Assembly: GCA_030667985.1 (NCBI GenBank)
Contig: DAOUUU010000004.1
Location: 1 to 60,607 of the forward strand
Reading direction: 5' to 3'
From: Candidatus Krumholzibacteriota bacterium
Lineage (GTDB): Bacteria; Krumholzibacteriota; Krumholzibacteriia; Krumholzibacteriales; Krumholzibacteriaceae
DNA length: 60,607 bases
Positions 8,124 through 16,308 of this stretch are shown piece by piece. The stretch's first letter is position 1; each line of letters opens with the position of its first letter. A program made the translations under genes and the position numbers. The notes beneath the pieces were generated by a model that saw nothing but the letters and a program-made list of their open reading frames with translations, did not search any database and was not told the origin of the DNA.

Positions 8124-9647
8124 ATGGAAGCGATCTTCTCACATTTCCTCGAAGTGGCATGCTCCGTTTGCCGAGCATCCCGCGTTGGCCTGAAAGTTGT
8201 CTGGGATGGGGACGGCAGCCCGTTCGTTCTTACCGAGCGGTGGTTTGATGCCGGCGTGTATGAACATAGTATCCCTAAGCGCCCCGGCGCTCTGCAGCTG
8301 CCGCTGTTTCCCGCTGAGGGGATTCTCGTCGAGCCTGGGATTTCTCATGGGGCGCGAGCGGCCTTCGAGAAGTCACATTCGTTCTCGGCAGGATCGTATG
8401 CCGGGGCGGCGCTAATGGAGGGGGGTATCGTGGCGCCGCGGGAGAGCGTCCAGAGCGGATTGCATGATAGGGATGCATGGAACCTGTCGATGGTCGATCA
8501 CGAGTGCAAGTGTACCGGCCGGCTCGATTCATTCATGATCGAGTTTCGGGCTTTTCTCCCATATGACATAAGTGACGACCGGTGTGATACGGCGCGGAAC
8601 GTTTACCGGGTGATTCCGCTCCTCGAGTGGCTGGTTGGATCGTGCTGTCCATCGATCAGTTCACTGCGCCCCGGTGAGACTCAGCTCTCACCGCCGTTTG
8701 TCGGGGATTCCCGGTCGATCAGAGAGCTCAAGCAGCAGGTCAGGCTCGTTGCTCGTTCGGATGTCCATGTTCTCATAGAGGGAGAGAGCGGGACGGGGAA
8801 AGAGGTGATCGCGCGGAACGTCCATTCGCTGGGCCCGAGGAACCCGAGGCCTCTTGTCATACTCAACTGTCTCGAGATGCCGCCGGCGCTCATGCAGAGC
8901 GAGTTGTTCGGACACCTGAAGGGCTCGTTCACCGGCGCCTCTCGGGACAGGATCGGCCTTATAGAGAGCGCAAGCGGGGGCACGCTCTTTCTAGACGAGG
9001 TTGGAGAGATGCCGAAGGCCCTTCAGGCGATGCTGCTCAGGGTCCTGCAGGAGAAAGAGGTTAGAAGGATTGGCGAGAGCGCGAGGCGGAGGGTCGATGT
9101 GAGGTTCGTATTCGCGACGAACCGCAACTTGCGTGAACTCGTCGTAAAGAAGAGGTTCAGGCTCGATCTCTACCACAGGATGTCCAGCGTTCGGTTTCAC
9201 ATCCCGCCGCTCAGGGAGAGAAGATCCGATATTCCCCCTTTGGCGCAGTATTTCCTGGAGCTCTCTGCTCGGAAGAGCGGACACCTCGAGCGCAGCATCA
9301 CATCCGCGGCGATGAAAAGGTTTCTCGCTCACTCATGGCCGGGCAATGTGAGGGAGCTGAGAAACGAGATCGAGCGGGCGATCGCCCTTTATCCCGAAGC
9401 AAGGAAGATCGAGGCTTCCATGCTATCGCCGCATATCGGGTGTGGCGAGGTGGAGGTGTCGGACGAGGAGCTCGTCAAGCTCCACGAAGCGGTCAAGCGG
9501 CTCGAGTGTCGCATGATAGGGGAGGCCCTCGAGACCTTCCATGGAAACCGTACACGGACAGCCAATCATCTCGGGATAACCAGGCAAGGTCTGCTCAAGA
9601 AGCTCAAGCGGTACGGGATCTCTCCACCACGCCGCAACGCTGATTGA
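8124..9647 (+). CDS. sigma54-dependent enhancer-binding protein with unrecognised N-terminal domain
   Basis: GESGTGKE, SELFGHLKGSFTGA, FLDEVGE, RLDLYHR, WPGNVREL and a C-terminal HTH; start codon uncertain. Confidence 0.9.
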   Translation: MEAIFSHFLEVACSVCRASRVGLKVVWDGDGSPFVLTERWFDAGVYEHSIPKRPGALQLPLFPAEGILVEPGISHGARAAFEKSHSFSAGSYAGAALMEGGIVAPRESVQSGLHDRDAWNLSMVDHECKCTGRLDSFMIEFRAFLPYDISDDRCDTARNVYRVIPLLEWLVGSCCPSISSLRPGETQLSPPFVGDSRSIRELKQQVRLVARSDVHVLIEGESGTGKEVIARNVHSLGPRNPRPLVILNCLEMPPALMQSELFGHLKGSFTGASRDRIGLIESASGGTLFLDEVGEMPKALQAMLLRVLQEKEVRRIGESARRRVDVRFVFATNRNLRELVVKKRFRLDLYHRMSSVRFHIPPLRERRSDIPPLAQYFLELSARKSGHLERSITSAAMKRFLAHSWPGNVRELRNEIERAIALYPEARKIEASMLSPHIGCGEVEVSDEELVKLHEAVKRLECRMIGEALETFHGNRTRTANHLGITRQGLLKKLKRYGISPPRRNAD

Positions 9648-9726
9648 TTTAAGCCAGGATACGGCTTGTTCGAATAGCGTCGGTTCACGTATAATCCACC
9701 GACATATTATTCTACGGAGACAAGAG

Positions 9727-11304
9727 ATGAAGCATTGGTACGAGGAGTACAGGGAAGAGATTCTGACAGCCGGGCTAAGCGGCCTGATGCTGGCTCTATG
9801 TTTCCCGCCCTATCCGACGAGGTTTTTTTGCTGCTTCGCTCTTGTGCCGGTCTTTAGATATCTCATCGTTCGATTCGACGGCCGCCAGGCGAGGGATAGC
9901 GTTGGAAGAACCACTAGCCTGAAACGATTCTTCTTTGTCGGATATCTGACGGGGTTTGTCTTCTCCCTGCTGCTGCTCTACTGGGTCGCGAACCTGATCC
10001 CGGCCTCAAGCGCCAGCATGCCATGGATCATGGGGCCTGCCGTTGTGGTACTATCTCTATATCTCGCCCTTTATCCAGCTCTGTTTTCCTTTGTGACCGC
10101 AGCTCTGGCTAAAAGGTGGGGAATAACTGCGCTCATAACGGCACCCGCCTTCTGGTCCCTTACCGAGTTCATGCGGGGGAGAGGAGAGCTCGGTTTCCCA
10201 TGGGGTCTTATCTCTGGCTCTCTCGCCGCCCATCCTGTGGCCATACAGGGAGTTTCTATATACGGACCCTTCGGTCTGTCATTTGTCATCGTGGCGGTGA
10301 ACCTGCTGATCGCTGGTCTGCTATTCATGCGCTCGAAACGGATCAGGGCCTTCTCGCTCACCCTTATGCTGATCGTCGTTGTGGGGCACCTGGTCTGGGG
10401 AGCTGCCGAGATCAAACGCGTCGAATCGAACGGCCGCGCGCTGGGCGGAACGGCAGTCATCATACAGCCCAACCTCGATCTCGCTATAAAGTGGAAACCG
10501 GAGTACCGCGATTCCATCTTCACAGAGATCGAGAGGCTTGCCCATGACGCCGCGGATATGGATGCGACACTTGTCATCTTCCCCGAGACGGCGGCGCCAA
10601 TATCCTTCAAGTTCGCCACCCTCTATCGCGAGCGCATGAGGCTCGCTGCTTTGCGTGATGGAGTGGACATCCTGACCGGCCACGTCGATCACATCGAGCT
10701 CGACGGTGAATGGCATGCCTACAACTCCGCCAGCCTCTTCGAAAGCGACGGCGATCTGCAGGCGACTTACAACAAGATGAACCTGCTCCCGTTCGGCGAG
10801 CGGATACCGCTCAGTCAGTTCTTTCCGGTCCTGAGCAAGATAGATTTCGGTCAGGCGAACTTTCTTCCCGGCAAGGACCCAGTCCGCTTCGAGACCGGAG
10901 TGGGCAAGTTTGGCGTTCTGATATGTTTTGAGTCGGCGTTCAGCTACTTCGCCAGGGACTATGTTCTGAATGGCGCCGATGTCCTCGTCAACATCACGAA
11001 CGATGGCTGGTTCGGCAGTACGAGGGGCCCCAAACAGCACGCCGAGCTTGCGATCCTGAGGGCGGTGGAAAACCGTGTGCCCCTGTACCGCGCTGCCAAT
11101 ACGGGTATATCGATGGTCGTCGACCCTACAGGCAGGATATCAGCGAAGGTGGGGCTGGATAAGCAGGGAATGATACTCGCACGCAGTTACCGCAGCGAGA
11201 AGCTATCCTTCTTCTGCAGACACGGGCACATGACTTATTTCGTCATGGTCGCGGTCAGTCTCGCTGCCGTGCTCCTGCTCGGTGCGTTCAGGCGTTTAGA
11301 GTAG
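9727..11304 (+). CDS. lnt: Apolipoprotein N-acyltransferase
   Basis: GFPW, QPN, FPE, K-x-x-LLPFGE, ICFE, TNDGWF and RAANTG motifs; TTGTTC-N18-TATAAT at 9666-9695. Confidence 0.96.
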   Translation: MKHWYEEYREEILTAGLSGLMLALCFPPYPTRFFCCFALVPVFRYLIVRFDGRQARDSVGRTTSLKRFFFVGYLTGFVFSLLLLYWVANLIPASSASMPWIMGPAVVVLSLYLALYPALFSFVTAALAKRWGITALITAPAFWSLTEFMRGRGELGFPWGLISGSLAAHPVAIQGVSIYGPFGLSFVIVAVNLLIAGLLFMRSKRIRAFSLTLMLIVVVGHLVWGAAEIKRVESNGRALGGTAVIIQPNLDLAIKWKPEYRDSIFTEIERLAHDAADMDATLVIFPETAAPISFKFATLYRERMRLAALRDGVDILTGHVDHIELDGEWHAYNSASLFESDGDLQATYNKMNLLPFGERIPLSQFFPVLSKIDFGQANFLPGKDPVRFETGVGKFGVLICFESAFSYFARDYVLNGADVLVNITNDGWFGSTRGPKQHAELAILRAVENRVPLYRAANTGISMVVDPTGRISAKVGLDKQGMILARSYRSEKLSFFCRHGHMTYFVMVAVSLAAVLLLGAFRRLE

Positions 11305-11309
11305 ATATT

Positions 11310-12674
11310 CTAGAAAAAGAAACCCGCGTTAACGGACCAGACACCGTTTGTCTGCATCTGCCATGCGTAGTCGACGGTGAGTATGCCCTTCTTGACAAGT
11401 ATGATATTCATACCGCAGCCGAAACCGCTGTGGAGGAGTTCCTGGTCGAAGGTCTGGGAGGAATTCCAGCAGGCGCCGCTGTCGAAGAAGAGGTGGAAGT
11501 CCGTTAAGATGAGGGGATTGTTAGGGTCGTCCAGAGTCTCGAAGTTTATCGGCAGCCGCAGCTCGGAGTTTACAAGGATGCTGTTTGTCCCGCTCAGCAC
11601 ACCGAAATCATAACCGCGGATGGTTCCCTCGCCGCCGAGGTGGCTCAGCAGCAGGAGCGGTACATTACCGCCCTTCGTGAATTCAGCCCTCGAGCGCAGT
11701 ACACCGATGACCTTCCCTAGCTTGTAGTACCCGTTTCCCCATGCCCAGTAGCGGAAGTTCTTGATCTCTGAGTTTCCCTGGATTATCCCCCAGTCCTTCC
11801 TGCCCCCCGTTATCATGAAACCGCGAGAGGGGTAGAAGTCCCTGTCTAGAAAGTCGACCATCAGCGCGGCCTCGAAGGTCGTGAATGTGCCGCTCGGTGT
11901 GGGGGGGACCGTCTCATCGTAGGCCATGGTGTCGGCTACATCGATGATGTCAGCGCCAGGTCTTAGCGACAGGTGCAGATAATCTGTCAGGTTGATGCGG
12001 ATCTCGGCGCCAGCTCCGAATCGTCTTACGCGCTTGTCTACGAGCAAACGTCCGTAATCGGGATATGGGTAGTCATAGTCCGCGTATGAGACCGCGAGCC
12101 CAGCGCCCACATAGGGCTGTTCCATGAACCAGGGTTTGAGGAAGGAGGCCTGTACGATCAAGGCTCCTCCTAGAAGAAGTTTCGCCCGGAGATCCTCGTT
12201 CATCCCGCGTATGTTCTTATCTTCAAAGTAGACGCCGAAGGACCAATCGTTTGTCAGTGCCCTGCTCAAAGCTGGCCTGACGATACGTGTGACCTCGTCG
12301 CTAATTACGATTGCGAGCTCGATGCCTCCGCCCTGCCGGTCGGGAAGTACGCGGAGAAATGCCGATTTCACACCTGAGAGTGCAGCGACGCGCTCGAGGC
12401 CCTCCTCGGTAATATCGGGGTTGAATGTGTCGCCCGGCTCGATTCCGAACCTGCTCAGAACGATGCTTCTTTTAATGTTGTGACCGCCGACGATCGATAT
12501 CTTCGTTACGGTCTTGTCGACCGGCTGATCCTGGAGTGTGGACGCGACAGCTTCTGTTTGCTGGGAAAGATCTGGATCAAAGGGTGAAGCCTCATCAGAT
12601 ACAGCGTCCATGGGCATGACGAGCAGGAGCGCTGTTGCGATAAAGCAATATATTATGCGGTTGGCAGATACCAT
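11310..12674 (-). CDS. Omp85/BamA-TamA-family outer-membrane protein with one POTRA domain
   Basis: Signal peptide, POTRA-like N-terminal part, YPSRG, LGG..IRGY, FFDSG and a terminal Phe. Confidence 0.85.
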   Translation of the reverse strand: MVSANRIIYCFIATALLLVMPMDAVSDEASPFDPDLSQQTEAVASTLQDQPVDKTVTKISIVGGHNIKRSIVLSRFGIEPGDTFNPDITEEGLERVAALSGVKSAFLRVLPDRQGGGIELAIVISDEVTRIVRPALSRALTNDWSFGVYFEDKNIRGMNEDLRAKLLLGGALIVQASFLKPWFMEQPYVGAGLAVSYADYDYPYPDYGRLLVDKRVRRFGAGAEIRINLTDYLHLSLRPGADIIDVADTMAYDETVPPTPSGTFTTFEAALMVDFLDRDFYPSRGFMITGGRKDWGIIQGNSEIKNFRYWAWGNGYYKLGKVIGVLRSRAEFTKGGNVPLLLLSHLGGEGTIRGYDFGVLSGTNSILVNSELRLPINFETLDDPNNPLILTDFHLFFDSGACWNSSQTFDQELLHSGFGCGMNIILVKKGILTVDYAWQMQTNGVWSVNAGFFF

Positions 12675-12703
12675 TATAAATGTCCTCGCTTTCGATTGAT
12701 AAC

Positions 12704-12732
12704 AAGATACCGGCGGCGCATGGGCCGGTCAA
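12704..12732 (-). promoter_or_regulatory. sigma70-type promoter of the Omp85 gene
   Basis: Minus strand TTGACC-N17-TATCTT, 30 nt upstream of the start. Confidence 0.6.
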
Positions 12733-12825
12733 TCTGTTTCTCCCTGTCAGGCTACCGGTGGTGTATCCAACTGTCGGACAGAAGCAAACTGCGCGCGGAG
12801 CATCTAATATGGGACAGAATATCGA

Positions 12826-12854
12826 TTGTCACCTCATCAGTTATCCTATACAAT
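12826..12854 (+). promoter_or_regulatory. sigma70-type promoter of the chr-alaX-pcm-HDAC operon
   Basis: TTGTCA-N17-TACAAT. Confidence 0.65.
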
Positions 12855-12915
12855 CCCCCTCGGTCGGTGCATCTGCAGCGCCGCACGGGCTTTGACCGGA
12901 AACGGGGCTTGCCGC

Positions 12916-13440
12916 ATGGCTATCTACTGGTCGATCTTTCTTTCGTTTCTCAAGGTGGGGCTCTTTGGCTACGGCGGAGGCCCCGCGATGATTCCTCTGA
13001 TAGAGAAAGAGGTTGTCGGCAATCAAGGCTGGCTGACAGCGGAGGAGTTCATCGACGCGCTCGCGATGGCAAATACCCTGCCTGGCCCGATCGCTACCAA
13101 GATGGCGCTCTGTATCGGGCTTCGAACGGGAGGCCCCGGTGGAGCGGCGGCGGCGATCGTCGCAATGCTCCTGCCCTCGACCATCTTTATCCTGATCCTG
13201 ACCACGTTCTACTACAAATATCGTAATGTACCGAGTGTCCAGGGGATCATCCGTGGCGTGAGGCCGGTCGTCATAGGACTTCTGATGGTAACCGTCGCTC
13301 ACCTCGCGCCGCGGGCCGTATTCACATGGGATACATTCCTTCTGGCGTTCGTATCGTTTATTGTAGTCTTTTACCTCAAGGTCCATCCGATCTATCTGAT
13401 CGCGGTCGCGGGTCTCGTAGGCTTTGTCTTCTACCGCTGA
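12916..13440 (+). CDS. Short-chain chromate-ion transporter (CHR family)
   Basis: FLKVGLFGYGGG and LPGP motifs, GVRPVVIGL; start at MAIYW. Confidence 0.9.
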   Translation: MAIYWSIFLSFLKVGLFGYGGGPAMIPLIEKEVVGNQGWLTAEEFIDALAMANTLPGPIATKMALCIGLRTGGPGGAAAAIVAMLLPSTIFILILTTFYYKYRNVPSVQGIIRGVRPVVIGLLMVTVAHLAPRAVFTWDTFLLAFVSFIVVFYLKVHPIYLIAVAGLVGFVFYR

Positions 13441-13469
13441 CCGGTTCTCTCATCAGGAGAGGTATAGTT

Positions 13470-14690
13470 ATGACAGGTGAGGAGAGACAGTTCCTGACCG
13501 ATTCCTACCGGGTCGAATTCGAATCAACAGTTCGTGAGGTTGTTGCCCTGGATGAAGGAAAGGCGGGCGTCTACCTCGATGAGACCCTCTTCTACCCCGA
13601 ATCCGGCGGGCAGCCAGCGGACCGAGGCGCCCTGAACGGTCAAGAGGTCAGCGGCGTGCAGGAGACGGACAGGGGAGTTATGCATGTAGTCGATGGGAGT
13701 TTCACAGGGGGTGATAAGGTTGAAGGCAAGGTCGACTGGAAGCGCCGCTTCGATCACATGCAGCAGCACTCGGGGCAGCATCTACTCTCCCGTGTATTTC
13801 TCGACGATCACGGGCTCCGTACGATCGGCTTTCATCTGGGAGAGCGTACCTGCACGATAGACTTAGGCGGCGAATCGGTCACAGAGGAGCAGTGCTCGTC
13901 TGTCGAACAGCGATGCAACGAGCTCATCTGGAAGAACATATCGATAGCGGACAGGACGGTGAGCAGGGACGAGTACGAGAAGATATCAAGCGGCGATGTC
14001 AGGTCGCGCCTGCCCGATGACGTGGAAGAGGTCAGGATCGTCGAGATATCGGAGCTCGACCGTTCCACCTGTTGCGGGACGCACGTGAAGGCGACGGGCG
14101 AGATCGGAATAATCAAGATACTGCGTGTCGAGCGGGTCAAGGGGGGTCCCAGGATCGAGTTCGTCTGCGGTGGGAGGGCGCTCTATGATTATGCAGGCAA
14201 GCACGCTATGCTATCAGCTCTAGCCGGACGTTTCAGCACCGACTGGACCGAGCTGGAGTGTGTCATCGACAAGCTCTCAGACGAGAACAAGACTCACAGA
14301 AAAAGGATTGAGGAGCTCGGCACCGAGCTAGCACGATTCCGCGCTTCCGAGCTCTCGCAGCCTACGGCCACGATCGGCGATTACTGTGTCGTGAAGCGCC
14401 TGTTTGATGATGAGGATGCGGGAGCGTTGAGGGAGACGGCGAACGAGGTGCGCGGGCAAGGTAAGACAATCGTCCTCTTTGCCGCAGCGGCGCCCAAGCC
14501 ATCGCTCATCTTCGCCTGCTCCAAAGATGTTCCGCTCGATATGGGCGAGCTTCTCAAGCGCAGCGCTTCCATCGCCGGGATGAAGGGGGGAGGAGGAGGG
14601 GACTACGCGCAGGGCGGAGGCGGTAGCGGAAAAGGACTCGAGCAAGCACTCGATGAGGCGGAAAGCATGATCCGAGAGATGCTCTCATGA
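13470..14690 (+). CDS. Alanyl-tRNA editing protein (AlaX-L type, with DHHA1)
   Basis: FYPESGGQPAD, HMQQHSGQH, CCGTHV and a C-terminal GGGG..AQGGG; GAGG SD before ATG 13470. Confidence 0.92.
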   Translation: MTGEERQFLTDSYRVEFESTVREVVALDEGKAGVYLDETLFYPESGGQPADRGALNGQEVSGVQETDRGVMHVVDGSFTGGDKVEGKVDWKRRFDHMQQHSGQHLLSRVFLDDHGLRTIGFHLGERTCTIDLGGESVTEEQCSSVEQRCNELIWKNISIADRTVSRDEYEKISSGDVRSRLPDDVEEVRIVEISELDRSTCCGTHVKATGEIGIIKILRVERVKGGPRIEFVCGGRALYDYAGKHAMLSALAGRFSTDWTELECVIDKLSDENKTHRKRIEELGTELARFRASELSQPTATIGDYCVVKRLFDDEDAGALRETANEVRGQGKTIVLFAAAAPKPSLIFACSKDVPLDMGELLKRSASIAGMKGGGGGDYAQGGGGSGKGLEQALDEAESMIREMLS

Positions 14691-15343
14691 AGGGCGAAAA
14701 GGTCGGAGATCCGGACGAGAAGCGCGCGGCGATGGTGAAACAGCAGCTCGTCACGCGGAGTGTTAAGGACGGCCGGGTGCTGGAAGCGATGCGCAAGGTT
14801 CCACGCGAACGCTTCGTGCGCGAAAAAGACCTCGATCTCGCTTTCTACGACGGCCCGCTCTCTATCGGATGCGGCCAGACGATATCCCAGCCATACATAG
14901 TCGCCTATATGACCGAAGCACTAGGAATAGGTCCTGAGGACCGCGTGCTGGAGATAGGTACCGGTTGCGGCTACCAGACAGCTGTGCTGGCCGAGGTCGC
15001 AGCCAAAGTCTACACGATCGAGATCGTCGAGGAGCTCGCCGAGAGATCGAAGATACTCCTTACTGAGCTCAGCTACACGAATATCCACTTCAAGACAGGG
15101 GACGGCTCTCTGGGCTGGCCCGAGCACGCGCCATACGATGCGATCATGGTGACGGCGGCTCCGGCGCATCTGCCCGACCTACTCATAGAACAGCTCGCCG
15201 AGGGCGGGCGTATGATAGTGCCGGTCGGCAGGTACGAGCAGTATCTGGAGCTCGTGACAAAACATGGAGACGAAATCAAAAAGAGGGGCCTGATCGGCGT
15301 CCGTTTCGTTCCGATGACCGGCTGTGTGCAGGGGGATCAGTAA
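14687..15343 (+). CDS. pcm: Protein-L-isoaspartate O-methyltransferase
   Basis: GQTISQP, VLEIGTGCGYQTA, APYDAI and VRFVPM. Confidence 0.97.
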   Translation: MKGEKVGDPDEKRAAMVKQQLVTRSVKDGRVLEAMRKVPRERFVREKDLDLAFYDGPLSIGCGQTISQPYIVAYMTEALGIGPEDRVLEIGTGCGYQTAVLAEVAAKVYTIEIVEELAERSKILLTELSYTNIHFKTGDGSLGWPEHAPYDAIMVTAAPAHLPDLLIEQLAEGGRMIVPVGRYEQYLELVTKHGDEIKKRGLIGVRFVPMTGCVQGDQ

Positions 15344-16278
15344 TGGTCGGATATATATATCACGATCTCTTCGTAAAGCACCTCGAGGGTTACACGCACG
15401 TAGAAAGCCCGCAGCGACTAACTGCAATCTGGGAGGGGGTCAAGGCGAGCCCAGTCGCCGGTTCCCTCGAGTTCATAGAGGCGGAGCCGGCCGAGCTGAG
15501 CTGGATCGAACGCGTACACGACCAGGAATACGTTAAGGGTATCCTTTCACTAGAGATCGACCAGGCGGTCGTCCTCGATTGGGGCGATACGGTGGCGACG
15601 CCCGCATCTATAGACGCCGCTCTCCATGCCGCTGGAGCGGGCGTGCAGGCTGCAAGGCTCGTGCTGGACGGAAAGCTCTCGAGCGCCTTTTGCGCAGTGC
15701 GGCCTCCCGGCCATCACGCCGAGAGGAACCGCGCAATGGGTTTCTGCATATTTAATAACATAGCTGTCGCCGCCGCAGATCTCGTCGAAGCGCAAGGTCT
15801 CGATCGCGTCGCGATAGTAGACTGGGACGTCCATCACGGAAACGGCACAGAAAGCATCTTCATCGAAGACGATAGGGTCCAGTACATCAGCCTCCACCAG
15901 TTTCCGCCTTATCCGGGCACCGGCCACGCAGAGACGGTGGGCACGGGAAGTGGTACCGGTTTCAATCTGAATATCCCCATGGGCACTGGAGCGGGGGATT
16001 CGGAATACCTGGAGGTTTTCGAAAAGACCGTGATTCCCGCTCTCGACGAGTTCAAACCGCAGTTCATTCTGATGTCGGCCGGCTTTGACGGTCACGGGGA
16101 AGATCCGTTATCTGGAACGATCCTCTCGAGTGATTTCTACGGCACGATGACGACGATGCTTAAAGGTTGTGCGCAGCGTCACTGCGATGGAAGGATCGTA
16201 TCGATGCTCGAGGGAGGCTACGACCTCGACGCCCTCGCCGAGTCGGCCGAACGGCACATCGCAGCATTAATATCATAG
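15343..16278 (+). CDS. Histone-deacetylase-family amidohydrolase
   Basis: RPPGHHA, GFC, DWDVHHGNGT, SAGFD and LEGGY. Confidence 0.96.
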   Translation: MVGYIYHDLFVKHLEGYTHVESPQRLTAIWEGVKASPVAGSLEFIEAEPAELSWIERVHDQEYVKGILSLEIDQAVVLDWGDTVATPASIDAALHAAGAGVQAARLVLDGKLSSAFCAVRPPGHHAERNRAMGFCIFNNIAVAAADLVEAQGLDRVAIVDWDVHHGNGTESIFIEDDRVQYISLHQFPPYPGTGHAETVGTGSGTGFNLNIPMGTGAGDSEYLEVFEKTVIPALDEFKPQFILMSAGFDGHGEDPLSGTILSSDFYGTMTTMLKGCAQRHCDGRIVSMLEGGYDLDALAESAERHIAALIS

Positions 16279-16308
16279 TAAAATTCAATGCTAGTGCTGA
16301 GTGAGGAT

